Shown here: positions 1 through 14,492 of the stretch, one piece after another
Position numbering within the stretch: position 1 is the stretch's first letter
Layout: each line of letters starts with the position of its first letter
Origin: Octopus sinensis
Lineage: Eukaryota
Assembly: GCF_006345805.1 (NCBI RefSeq)
Contig: NC_043011.1
Location: forward strand, 11,656,001 to 11,720,000
Length of the DNA stretch: 64,000 nt
Reading direction: 5' to 3'
The notes under the pieces: model-generated
What the model was told of the DNA's origin: nothing
Databases searched by the model: none
What the model saw: the letters and a program-made list of their open reading frames with translations, nothing else
Program-made: the position numbers and the translations under genes

Positions 1-209
1 TTTTCAAACCTGTTGTTTAACCCCATGTCATCCCTGGTTGAGTTGGCCTACTGTTAAAGATGTTCCAGACATGATCCATAGCTTGTGGTTGTTGACAAGA
101 AAAACAAAAACTATTCTTGAAACATGCTTATTAACACCTAAACATTCCCTCACTTGCATGATTTCGAAAACTCTGGCATTAAGTATCAGTTAAGTTTTTT
201 TTGTTGTTT

Positions 210-504
210 GTTCCTTCTCGAGCCATGCCTGGCTCATAAGGGCTGGTTTCCCGGTTTCATGGCATATAGGTTCTCCACCTGGACAGTACGCCGGTCCGTC
301 GCAGGTGAGCTGCAAGATGCAGGAGGAAAGAGTGAGAAAAAGTTGTGGCGAAAGAGTCAGCAGAAGTTCGCCATTATCTTCTGCCAGAGCTGCGTGGGGC
401 TTAGGTGTTTTGCTCATAAACACACTCATCGTCCGGTCTGAGATTCGAACCGGCGATCCCTCGACCACGAGCCCGCTGCTCTAACCACTAGGCCATGAGC
501 CTCC
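210..504 (-). mobile_element. tRNA-derived SINE, family C (tail variant 3)
   Basis: tRNA-like head (TGGCCTAGTGG A-box, GGTTCGAATC B-box) and body similar to 48766, 54329 and 55636, but a different 3' tail. Confidence 0.75.
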
Positions 505-1009
505 ACTATCAGTTAAGTACTGTTTTCCACCTCCCTGAGATTTGGTTCTTTTGTACTTTGTGTTAGAAACTTTACTGATATTCTATCTAGGTATAAATTT
601 CTTCATGTTTAAGCATCAAAATTTGTTCTTTGATGCAATAATAATGATAGATGAAGTTCATAGTATAATATTGAGCCTTTTTTCTTTAATCTTGTGTATA
701 ATTTCAGATACGACATTTCAACATGAATGACAAAAAAATGAATTCATATGAATGCATATACAATATTGTAATTATTTTGTCCAATATCAATTTACTGCTC
801 TGAAACGTTTTGTTCTGGTGGATATTTCTCTTGGCATCATTAATATCAATCATCCATGCTATTTTACATTGATCCATTCATTTCAATACCACATCACATT
901 CACATAATTCAATGGGAAAACAACAACCAATCTGATTTTCTTCATAAATTCTGCTGTATGGTCATTGTCCCTAATTTCCCAATGAATTCTCCTTAAAATT
1001 TGAAATATA

Positions 1010-1150
1010 CTCCTTACTCTTTTACTTGTTTCAGTCATTTGACTGCGGCCATGCTGGAGCACCACCTTTAGTCGAGCAACTCGACCCTGGGACTTATTCT
1101 TTGTAAGCTCAGTACTTATTCTATCGGTCTCTTTTGCCGAACCGCTAAGT
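1010..1150 (-). mobile_element. SINE family A, 3' fragment
   Basis: Matches the 3' part (…GGTGCTCCAGCATGGCCGCAGTCAAATGACTGAAACAAGTAAAAGAG) of the full copies. Confidence 0.8.
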
Positions 1151-1560
1151 GAATATTTTTGCTGAACTGCATGTGAATATATCATCATCATCATCATCAT
1201 GCCTGGCATCAGTTAAATAGTTTGACCAGAGTTGATAAGCCAGAGAGCTGCAATAGGCTCTGACCATCTGTTTTGGCTTGGTTGTCCTTCCTAATGCCAG
1301 CTACTTTACAGAGTGTACTGGTGGTCTTTTATGTGCCACCAACACAGGTACCTTTTGTGTCTCTGGCACTGGCTGTAATTTCACTTAGCTTGACAGGTTT
1401 TCTCAAGCACAACAAATCACCAAAAGTCTCAGTCACTTGTGATGCTCAACGACTGTAGATCATATTTCACCACCTCCTCCTATGTCTTTCTGGGTCTACT
1501 CCTACCATAGGTACCCCACCAGCATAGTCTTCTCTCTTGCACACTATATCTATGCCTTTT

Positions 1561-3750
1561 CATCATCATCATCATCATCATCATTGTTTAACGTCCGCTT
1601 TCCATGCTAGCATGGGTTGGACGGTTCAACTGGGGTCTGGGAAGCCCGAAGGCTGCACCAGGCCAGTCAGATCTGGCAGTGTTTCTACAGCTGGATGCCC
1701 TTCCTAACGCCAACCACTCCGTGAGTGTAGTGGGTGCTTTTTATGTGCCACCAACACAGGTGCCAGATGAGGCTGGCGAATGGCCACACTCGGATGGTGT
1801 TTTTTACATGCCACCGGCACGGAGGCCAGGCGAGTCTGGCACGGCCACGATTGGATGGTGTTTGATCCTGGCACGGCCACGATCGGCCTTTTATACTCAA
1901 TTTTCCCCTTAAAACAAACTCTGTCGTACATGCACACTGATATTGCACATCCAGTGGAGCATGCTGGTTTCAAGCCTTTGCATGTCCTCTGTAGTCACAG
2001 CCCATGTTTCACTGCCCTGTAACATGGCTGTTTATATACTCTACCTTTCAATTTGAGGGAGAGAACCTTTGTTACCAACAAAGATAGATGCTCTCTGAAC
2101 TTTGTCAGACCATTCTTGTTCTAGCAGCTATGCCCTCAGAGCATCCTCCTCCACTGCTGATTTGGTCACCGAGATAATGGAAGCCATCTACTACTTTTAA
2201 GTATCTCCCTGGGTTCTTAGAAGTAGTATTTTTTATACATTCTTAGTGTTTATTGTACCTGCACATCTGTCATACGCAAAGACTACTTTTTCTGTTAACT
2301 TTCCTCTGATAATGCTGCACCTCTTATGTGTCCATTGCTTGCACTGGGTACATCTTATGGAGTTTCTACCTGCACCTTTTCTACATATCAGGCAGGGCCA
2401 TCTCCTTGAATGGATTAGTAATTTATCTGTTATCCTACTTACGAGGACTATGGTTTTTGCTCAATTAACTTTAAGGCTTTTTGATTCTAGACCTTGCTTC
2501 CGCATCTGAAATTTCTTCTCTAGTTTTGGTAGTAATTCACCTATATGAACAAAGTGATCAGCATAGAGGAACCGTCAAAGGAAGCCAGTCTTAAACTCCT
2601 CTTATGGCCTGGAGGACTATGATGAATAAGAGGGGCTGAGAACTGATCTTCGATGAATTCCTACCAGTACACTGAATTCATTGCTATACTTATTGTCAAC
2701 TTTCATGATATTAACAGCATTCTTGTAGTGACTTGTACAGGGGGACTGTCAAAGGCTTTCTTCATTCAACAAAACCCAAGTAAAGGGTTTTACTTTTGGC
2801 CAGATATTTCTCCTGCGATTGCCTTACCAGGAATATAGTTTCAGTTGTGCTTTTCCCTGGCTCAAAACCAAACTAGACTAACTCTCCTCCTAATCAGTTG
2901 GGTTATAGCCCTCTTTGCAACTTCCATCACTTGGTCCAGGAATTTGATACCACTGTAATTATTTGTCTAAGGCATCACATTTACGTTTGTAGCAGCTAAC
3001 TGCAATGCTGCCACTCCAGTCATTGGGTATGATTCCTACATGGACAACCTGGTTAACTACTCTTACTCTTTACTCTTTTACTTGTTTCAGTCATTTGATT
3101 GCGGCCATGCTGGAGCACCGCCTTTAATCGAGCAACTCGACCCCCGGGACTTATTCTTTGTAAGCCCAGTACTTATTCTATCGGTCTCTTTTTGCCGAAC
3201 CGCTAAGTGACAGGGACGTAAACACACCAACATCGGTTGTCAAACAATGCTAGGGGGACAAACACAGGCACACAAACACACACACGCATATATATATATA
3301 TACATATATACGACAGGCTTCTTTCAGTTTCCATCTACCTAATCCACTCACAAGGCATTGGTCAGCCCGGGGCTATAGCAGAAGACACTTGCCCAAGATG
3401 CCACGCAGTGGGACTGAACCCGGAACCATGTGGTTGGTTAGCAAGCTACTTACCACACAGCCACTCCTGCGCCTATGTGGGTGACTAGACCATATCCCAC
3501 TCCAACAGATATTTTAAGTGTCTCAGTGATGATTCCTGATGAGGCGAGGGCTTTCCTTGTCGTCATATCCTTATTTGCTTTATCTGACAAGCTGCTGTCT
3601 ATTTGGTTAGCCGGTCCCTCTGTTGGCTCCACATTAGGCAGACTCTCCTTCTCCCAAGGCATTCTGTACATTTAGCAGCCTTTCATAGTGGCACTTCCAA
3701 GCCTCTTTCTTTGTAGAATCACTTACTGCAAGTAAATCATCATCCATATG
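1561..3750 (-). mobile_element. Degenerate RTE-clade LINE (RT region, 3'UTR and (GAT)n tail), internally deleted and interrupted by a SINE
   Basis: Minus-strand remnants such as WEKESLPNVEPTEGPA and 'GIKFLDQVMEV'; reverse-complement similarity to the copy at 4446-5960; (CAT)n at 1561 marks the 3' tail. Confidence 0.75.
3061..3473 (-). mobile_element. tRNA-derived SINE family A, full length (octopus OK/OR-type; exact family not assigned)
   Basis: Head GGCGCAGGAGTGGCTGTGTGGTAAG…GGTTCAGTCCC, CORE-like CTTGGGCAAG box, internal (TA)(TG) microsatellite, AAAGAGT tail. Confidence 0.85.
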
Positions 3751-3820
3751 AATGCCCTTCTCTCCTACCACATTGCAATTCTCTCTGATACACTGTCTTG
3801 CTCTGTGTGTGTGTGTGTAT

Positions 3821-4168
3821 ATGTGTATATTTAGGGCTAAAAATCACTATGTGGACAGCCATATGCTAGAAGTAGATCACATACGATCTAACTACAAAAG
3901 AAAGAATGTTCTCCAGAGAAAATTCAGTGAACACCAGAACATAGGCGGGCAAGACAGATGAAAATTATATAAAAATCAAGAATTAATTCTTGATTTTTAT
4001 ATAATTTTATATAATTTTTATATAATTTTCATTTGTCTTGCCTGCCTATGTTCTAGTGTTCGCTGAATTTTCTCTGGAGAACATTCTTTCTTTGTAGTTA
4101 GATTGTATGTGATCTACTTCTAGCCTATGGCTGTCCACATAGTGGTTTTTAGCCCTAAATATACACAT
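3821..4168. repeat. Spacer-less long palindrome
   Basis: The left arm 3821-3984 is the reverse complement of 3985-4168; centre AATT|AATT. Confidence 0.95.
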
Positions 4169-4277
4169 GTATTGGAATTTTCTCTAATTTTTCAGATTTT
4201 TATATGCTAGGCTACTGGTTTTAAATTGATATTAATTAAATTAATATTCAATTTATCTCCTTCATTATTTAAATGTT

Positions 4278-4342
<65 letters not shown>

Positions 4343-4344
4343 TA

Positions 4345-4445
4345 CACAAGGGCTGATCTATAAGTATCCGGACTGTTGCCATAGTAACGAAGCTAAAGCC
4401 CAGAGAGTAAAGCTGCTTGACAAAGATTGACCTTGAATTCTGCTG
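4345..4445 (+). mobile_element. Mariner-type terminal fragment
   Basis: AGGGCTGATCTATAAGTATCCGGACTG resembles mariner TIR ends; it sits beside a TA/CA microsatellite and has no partner end. Confidence 0.45.
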
Positions 4446-5960
4446 TGTGGGATACAGCCTCATTACTAGCATAGCTAATCAGGTTATTCAGGAAGGCATC
4501 ATCCCCAAAGACTAGTGTAGTAGTATTATAGTTAACTGCTACAAGGGTAAAGGTGATGCCTTAGATAGAAACAGCTGTAGAGGTATCAAGCTGCTGGACC
4601 AGGTCATGAAAATTACAGAGAGAGAGTTATATCTCAACTGATTAGGGATAGAATTAAACTTGATGAGATGCAGTTTGGTTTTGTTCGTGGGAGAAATACC
4701 ACTGATGTCATCTTCATAGTGAGACAGTTGCAAGAAAAGTATTTGGCCAAAAGTAAACCATTGTATTTAGCCTTCATCAACCTGGAGAAAGCTTTCAACA
4801 GAGTACCCTGCTCCCTCATCTAGCGGTCTCTAAGGAAGCTAGAAGTAGAGGGTTGGCTTGTTAGAGCCATTCAAGCCATGCACAGCAATGCTGTAAGGTG
4901 AGAGTTGGCCTTGGATACAGTGAGGAATTTAGTATATAAGTTGAAGTCCACCAGGGCTCAGTTCTCTGTCCACTCTTATTCATCATAGTTCTCCAGGCCA
5001 TAACAGATGAATTCAAAACTGGATGCACATGGAAACTACTATATGCTGATAATCTTGCTCTTATTGCAGAATCTGAAGCAGAATTGGAGATTAAGTTGGA
5101 ACAAAGCCTGGAATCAAAGGGCCTTAAAGTTAACTTAGCAAAGACTTAAGTTGTTGTTAGCAAGAAAGCAGATAAGACTCTCTTTCCTTTCAAAATGTAG
5201 GAAAGGAGTGGGATATAATTGCAGTTGTTGCATCAAATGTAAGCTATGGATGCGTAAGAGATGCAGTGGAATCGCAGGTAGGTTAACAAGCAAGGTCGCT
5301 TTCATGTATGGCAGATGTGCAGGAACCAAGCACTAAGAACATGAAGGACTTTAAACTCTTGCAAATGTCCAAGAGGCTCTCTTGAGGTAGTAGATAGCTT
5401 CTGCTATCTAGGTAACCAAATTAGTAACAGTGGTGGATGCTCTGAAAGTATTGTTTGCAGAATAACAGGATGGAGGAAGTTCAGAGAGCTACCTCCTCTG
5501 TTGGCAACAAAAGGACTCTCTCAGAGTGAAAGATAAATTGTATGATGCTTGTGTGAGAATGGCTATATTTCATGGTAGTGAGACATGGGCTCTGACTGTA
5601 GAGGACGTGTGTAGGCTGGAGAGGAATGAAGGTAGTTTGCTCCGTTGGATTTGCAACATCAGTGTACATGACTGATAAAGCACAACTGTGTTGAGAGAAA
5701 AGTTAGTCATAAGAAGGATTAAATATGGCATGCAGGAGAGGTGAATGCATTGATTTGGACATGTGATGCATATGAGTGAAGACAGCTGTATACAGAAGTG
5801 CCTGTCATTGAAAGTGGATGGTACCTGTGAAAGGGGGAGACCCAGGAAGACATGGGATGAAGTGGTGAGGATTGATCTTAGGATGCTGGGGCTCATGGAG
5901 GAAATGACAATGGACTGAGATGTTTGGCAATATGAGGTTTTAGAGAAAACCTGCCCATGT
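4446..5960 (+). mobile_element. Degenerate RTE-clade LINE, RT to C-terminus
   Basis: Frameshifted remnants: IVNCYKGKGDALDRNSCRGIKLLDQVMKI, QFGFVRGRNTTDVIF, AFINLEKAFNRVP, LLYADNL, GRGRPRKTW. Confidence 0.85.
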
Positions 5961-6539
5961 CAGCAAAACTGAGTGCTAGAAGGGTTGTGTCCCACCTACA
6001 TGTAACAACAAGCTTTTCACACACCCTACCCCAAGAAATCAAACTACAGCTCTTCTTCTTATCTGCATTTTTCTCTTCCTCAAATTTCCTCTTCATAAAC
6101 TATGATTCTCTTCCAATCCTTTTTTCTTGCCCTCACTGCCCTGCTCACTGTATCACTGCTGCCCCCCCCATTTTTATCTAAGCTTTCACCAGTCATTGCA
6201 ATCCCCACTCCCTACTTACACCTTCTTGGCAACATCTGACCGTGTATATTACGACCTTTGTACCTCTCTCTTCCTTACTCTACCATCACATCTATGCTCT
6301 GATCCTTGTTACATGTGAGTATACCCTGGCACTTCATCATCTCTCTCCTGCTCTCTCTCACACTTTTGCTGTTTCCTACTCTTTTTCTCTCTCCCTTGCT
6401 CTTCCCTCTGACTAGGTAGCCATATATCTCCTCTACAACAACACACCTATTTCTGCCCTCATTCTTGGTCACTCTCTCTTCTCTCGGTAGTTGCTGTAGC
6501 GAAAGAGGTAGTATGGAAGACGAGAGTGAAAGGAATTGC

Positions 6540-6990
6540 AACAGGCATGTTTATCTCCAGTCTCGAGCTAATCGACTTTTTCGTTTTCCACATGAAACGG
6601 AAAATAAGGCTTGAGAAGAAATGCCTGTCGCAAAGTGTGTTTCGTAAAAGATGGAAGTCTATAGCAAGTATGTTGCGAGTGAAAGAACCTGTTTAATCAA
6701 GAATGTGAAAAAGGAGAAAGCAAAGTCTTCAGTGTGAGTATGTGGTTTGTGGGGTCAACCGCGTCCTCCGCTTCATTTATTGTTAATCACTCATTCTCAT
6801 TTAATTGTATATATTTTAATTGTTTGTTTATTCATACGTTTTGTCTCATTCGATACTCTGACCCCAACGTTTGTTTTGTCTGTCCCCGTATTGTCCCCTC
6901 TTTTTCTGAACCTTATGGTGAATAAAGAAATACTCTCTCCTCTTCTTGTTTTTCCTCTGTATCTCCTTGTAAAACTGTAAAACTAACATA
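6540..6990 (+). mobile_element. Possible L1/Tx1-like LINE 3' remnant
   Basis: Degenerate reading near 6560-6720 and a T-rich 3'UTR-like tail; recognition is from memory only. Confidence 0.3.
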
Positions 6991-7462
6991 TACATATACC
7001 CATATACACAATGCATACACAACAACTACAGTGCCATCCAATAAAAGAGTAATAAAATTGTATTAAATACTGTAAAATAATTATATATTATAGAATGGTA
7101 AGGGAATGAGGGGGGGATACAGGTCAGAAACCAAGGACATACACTATATTATCATTAAATTACAGGATATACTGTGATTAGTACCTTGTGCTGATAAAGT
7201 ACATCCAATATAAGATTGGCAATATAGAATTTAGGGAGTAGAGTTGTGGACTATCACCAGCTGATTAAATTACCTTAAAGGAAATGTAAGTGAGGAAATG
7301 CAGAATTACACAATGGGTTTAAATTACACAAATACACATCAAATCTGATGCGAGCAATTAAGCCTCAGTTCAGCTTTTCTATTCTGTAGGCTGTCCTGAT
7401 GCTTTGATATTTCGCACAGTTCAGTGCAGCATAATTTATAGCTGTAAATATATATATATATC

Positions 7463-8180
7463 ATCATCATCATCATTTAGCGTCCACTTTCCATGCTAGC
7501 ATGGGTTGGACGGTTCAACTGGGGTCTGTGAAGCCAGAAGGCTGCATCAGGCCCAGTCTGATCTGGCAGTGTTTCTACGGCTGGATGCCCTTCCTAACGC
7601 CAACCACTCCGTGAGTATAGTGGGTGCTTTTTACGTTCCACCCGCACAAGTGCCAGACGGAGCTGGCAAACGGCCACGGACAGATGATGCTTTTTACGTG
7701 CCACCGGCATGAGGCCAGGCGAGGCTGGCAACGGCCACGAATGGCTGGTGCTTTTTACGTGCCACCGGCACGAGGCCAGTCAGGGCAGCGCTGGCAATGG
7801 CCACGAACGGATGGTGGTGCCAGACGAGTTTGGCAAACGGCCACAAACGGATGGTGCTTTTGGGCGGCGCTGGCAACGGCCACATTCGGATGGTTCTCTT
7901 ACGTGCCACCGGCACTGGTAACTCAGCTGTAATTTCCATTGATCGATTTCGATTCTGATCCTCACTTGCCTCAACAGGTCTTCACAAGTAGAGTTTTGTG
8001 TCCCAAGAAGGGAAGGTATGCATAAATGGGCTGGCTACATCCCATGTAGAAGGCCACAGGTTATGGTCTCACTTGTCCTGCTGGGACTTCTCGCGCACAG
8101 CATACTTCCAGAGGTCTCAGTCTCTAGTCATTTCTTCAGTGAGACCTAAAGTTCGAAGGTCGTGCTTCACCACCTCATAT
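7463..8180 (-). mobile_element. 5'-truncated RTE LINE (ORF end, 3'UTR with internal tandem units, (GAT)n tail)
   Basis: Minus strand EVVKHDLRTLGLTEEMTRD is homologous to 5860-5960; the 3'UTR matches 1561-1880 and 29975-30333. Confidence 0.8.
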
Positions 8181-8298
8181 ATATATATATACTCAACCGA
8201 TAAGGGTGAGAAAATTGGGTACTAATTTAATAGCACATCCATTTACCACCAAGTGGCTTAGTGCATAAAAAACCCGGATTACGACACATTTTATACAT

Positions 8299-8700
8299 AA
8301 ATATAAGAGAGTGACCACCATGAGGTCTACTCTAGCACTAAAAATAGATCCGCGAGGTTTCAGCCACAAAAGAAATTGTTTCCGTTGAAATTTAGCACTA
8401 CTACCAGCGCAAATGAACAGTGCAAATAAACATAACAAAGTGTAGATTAGTTTGAGACAATTGTTTCGCTATTAATAAAATTATGTAGTTTTACTTACAT
8501 AAATTTATCTGTAGCTCCTCTTTATTAATAGCGAAACAATTGTCTCGAACTAATCTACATTTTGTTATGTTTATTTGCACTGTTCAATTGCGCTGGTAGT
8601 AGTGCTAAATTTCAACGGAAACAATTTCTTTTGTGGCTGAAACCTCGCGGATCTATTTTTAGTGCTAGAGTAGACCTCATGGTGGTCACTCTCTTATATT

Positions 8701-8701
<1 letters not shown>
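8299..8701. repeat. Long inverted repeat (~180-bp arms, ~41-bp spacer); foldback/MITE-like
   Basis: Arms 8299-8479 and 8521-8701; identical ORF translations on opposite strands in the ORF track. Confidence 0.93.
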
Positions 8702-8733
<32 letters not shown>

Positions 8734-8754
8734 TTTATATATGTATATATATTT

Positions 8755-11642
8755 TTTTAAAGTTTCATCTCAGAGCTGTGGCCATGCTGATGCACCACCG
8801 TTTTGTGCTTACACCATTATTACTAGGAGCCTCTTCTAATATATGGCACTTGATGAAGAATGGAGTTTGATATAGCTACCCTCATTTGCACCTCTTGCCG
8901 TGAGGTAGGTTCATCTGGGACTCTTGACAGGAAGAGGTCCAGCTTTGATTTAAAAACCGCTACATCTACTTTGTGCAAGTTCCTCAGACTCTTTGGGAGA
9001 ATATTAAAAAGCTGTGGGCCCTTGAAACCCAGGCTGTTGCAGTAGGTGGTCCTGAAGAGTGATAGCATTGCTGGGATTTTTGGCACTATGCAGTGTCGTC
9101 CCGTTCTAGCATTGGTGTAGCTTACAATGCCAAAATTTGGCACAATTCCTTCCAGGATCTTCCAGATATATATTACTGCATATCTCTCCCGTCTTCTCTC
9201 CAGGGAGTAGAGTCTTAGCTGTTTCAACCTTTCCCAGTAGCTGAGCTGTTGCAAAGAGACGATCTTCTTTGTGAATCTTCTCTGGATTGCTTCAAGGTCC
9301 GCTGTTAATTTCACACTGGTGGGTGACCATAGCTGTGAGCAGTAATCCAGGCGGCTGAGGACGAATGTCCGCCAGAGGACCATCATGGTTTCCTTATCTC
9401 TGGTTCTGAATGTTCTTAGGATCCATCCAGCCAGTCGCCTGCACTTTGTCGCCATCCTGGTAATGTGCACTTGGAAAGAGGTATCATCACTTATGTCGAT
9501 ACCCAGGTCCCTCACTGACTTAGGCTCTGGGATTGAAATTCTTTGTGGACCGGTGTACCCTGTAAGTTTAATATTCAGTTTTGGATGCTGGTTGCACAAG
9601 GCCTGGATTTTTTCAGCATTAAACTTCATATTATTATCCTCAGCCCATCTGTAAATTGAGTCCAACCCCTGCTGCAGGTGTGCAACATCGCTGGGGTTCT
9701 GTATTTTCTGCGAGACTTTCGTATCATCTGCATAGATTGCCAGAGTGGCTATCCGGGCATTTGAGGGCATATCTGAGAGGGCCACTATAAAAAGCAGTGG
9801 TCCCAAGACGGTGCCCTGTAGAATACCGCTCACTATTTGTGTGTTCATAGAGGTGACTCCATTAGCCACTGCTGCCTGATTTCTGTCTTTCAGAAAGTCA
9901 TGTAACCACTCTCCAAGTTTTCCAGCTATGCCAAGGTCACTCAGTTTGTGGCATATCATACCATGTTAAAAGCTTTTGCAAAATCAAGGTATATTACGTC
10001 CACATTTGATTTGTTGAGTAACTGCCTCAACACCCAGTCATAATGTTGTAAGAGCTGGGTCAGGCAGCTCCTACCTGGTCGAAAACCATGCTGGGTATCA
10101 CTCAGCAAGTTATTTTCTTCAAGGAAAGCGATTAGTTTCTTTCTGAATATCCGTTCCATGACTTTGCTGATGTGTGAAGTCAGAGAGATAGGCCTATAGT
10201 TTTTGGCATCTGCTCTACTTCCCCCTTTATGTATTGGGCATATTATTCCCTCCTTCAGCTTGCTTGGCAGAGAATCTTGAGGGGTTTTGCCAGGGCATGC
10301 TGACATGATTTGAGGAGGAGTGCTGGGAAACCATCAGGACCAGCAGTTGAGTTTGTGTCCACTTCATCTATGCCTAGTAGTATATCTTCTTCGCTAATGT
10401 CAATGTATTCCATTGTAACTGCCTCACTGGTTATAGGTGAGGCAGCAAAGAAGTCCACTGGTTTGTTCACTTGTCTGTGTTCCAACGGGTGGTAAAGACA
10501 CTTTTGAACTGGTCATTCAGTATCTCACTGATCTTAGTTGGACTGTCTGTGAGGGAGCCATCCTTTTAAAGGAGGGGTCCTATCTTGTAGTGTACTGAGG
10601 CTGTTTCTTTCGCGTAATGAAACAGGCTTCTTTGTCTGCTTTCTCCCTCACATAGGATTGTTGCAGCCTTTTTTCGATTTCCATCAGTGTTGTTTTTAGG
10701 CGGGATGTTTTGCTACTTTTGGGATGCTGGTTGAGTCAATTTGCAACCTTCGTCCGTCATCTCATGAGGATCTTCCTCTCTCTTGGAATTTTGCTCCTAT
10801 TTGTTTTGGCCTTGTGCTCTGGGACATATTTCTGGCATATGGCTTGCACAGAAGACATGAAACATTCTAGTTTCATGTCAGTGTCTGGTGTGGAGAGACA
10901 CTCCAGCCAGTCCTCTCTGAGGATCTCTTTTTAGATTGATTTCCAATATGTTTTGTGGAAGTTCAGATTGGAGAGTTTTCGGGTGCTTCCTTTAGGCTGT
11001 ATGTCTCTGGTTACTTTCGGCCCAAACATAGACAGCTCTCTTATGTTGTGATCCGAGACTAATGTCGGTGTCACTTTCACATCATGAATGATGTCCATAT
11101 TGTTCGCGAAGCAGAGATCCAGAATGTTATTTGCCCTAGTTGGTCTGAGTACAGCTTGCTCCATGAATAGGGCATTGGTGAGGTTGAGCAGGGACTCCAC
11201 CTGTGCTTGCTTGCAATGAGTCATTCCTGAGAGTATGAGACCTTCGAGTCATTTGATGTTGGGGAAGTTGAAATCTCTCATAATAAATATGGTCATGTGG
11301 TGTTCCAGATTCATGAGGATTTCTTTAATTCTTGTGAGGCAATCTTCAAACTTGCCTATGTGGTTTGGGGCATCCGGTGGGCAATATGTATTGCATATGA
11401 CTATATTATGTTGTCTTATGTATACAATTTGAGTGTCACATACTGAATTTGAGTATGCCAATAAGACCTGGGGTGTGAGGTCATCACGGATGTATACAGC
11501 AACTCCACCATGGCTCCTTTCCCTTCTGTCTGTTTGCAGTATGGCATAGTTTGGTATGTGTATCTCTGCATCCTCTATATCAGGGCTGAGGTGAGTTTCC
11601 ACAAGGGCTATGCATAGGGCTTGATTGCATGATATATGTTGC
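8755..11642 (-). mobile_element. CR1-group (Jockey/CR1 superclade) LINE, degenerate ORF2 with APE endonuclease and RT
   Basis: EN: CIALVETHL…GGVAVYIR…RDFNFPNI. RT: [56 protein letters not shown]. Split over five ORFs by stops/frameshifts. Confidence 0.92.
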
Positions 11643-11701
11643 AAGATATATATATTTATATATTTATATATATATAATATATATATATATATATTTATAT
11701 A

Positions 11702-13862
<2,161 letters not shown>

Positions 13863-14231
13863 TATATAATATATATATATATATATTATATATATATATA
13901 TATTTATATATATATAATATATTTATATATATTTATATATATAATATATATATATATATTTATATATAATATATAATATATATATATATAATATATATAT
14001 ATATATATTTATATATACATAATATATATATATATATATATTTACATATACATAATATATAATATATTTACATATACATAATATATATATATATTTATAT
14101 ATACATAATATATATTTATATATATATATAATATATATATATTATATATATATATAATATATATATATATATCTATATATACACATAATATATATATATT
14201 TATATATAATATATATATATATTTATATATC

Positions 14232-14297
<66 letters not shown>

Positions 14298-14309
14298 CAT
14301 ATATATGAT

Positions 14310-14377
14310 TGATTTTTGATTTTGATTTTTCCAGTTTCAGCTTATGAGCTGTGGCCATGCTGGGGCACCGCCATATA

Positions 14378-14390
<13 letters not shown>
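14310..14390 (-). mobile_element. Extreme 3' tip of the same CR1-group LINE
   Basis: GGCGGTGCCCCAGCATGGCCACAGCTCATAAGCTGAAACT followed by an A-rich tail. Confidence 0.7.
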
Positions 14391-14414
<24 letters not shown>

Positions 14415-14460
14415 CATATACATAATATATATATATATATTTATATATATATATATATAC

Positions 14461-14492
<32 letters not shown>

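Noticed and set aside
7620-7920. Repeat-spacer-like pattern suggestive of a CRISPR array
   Set aside because: The units are imperfect tandem repeats without unique spacers, inside a retrotransposon UTR in eukaryotic DNA; no cas genes.
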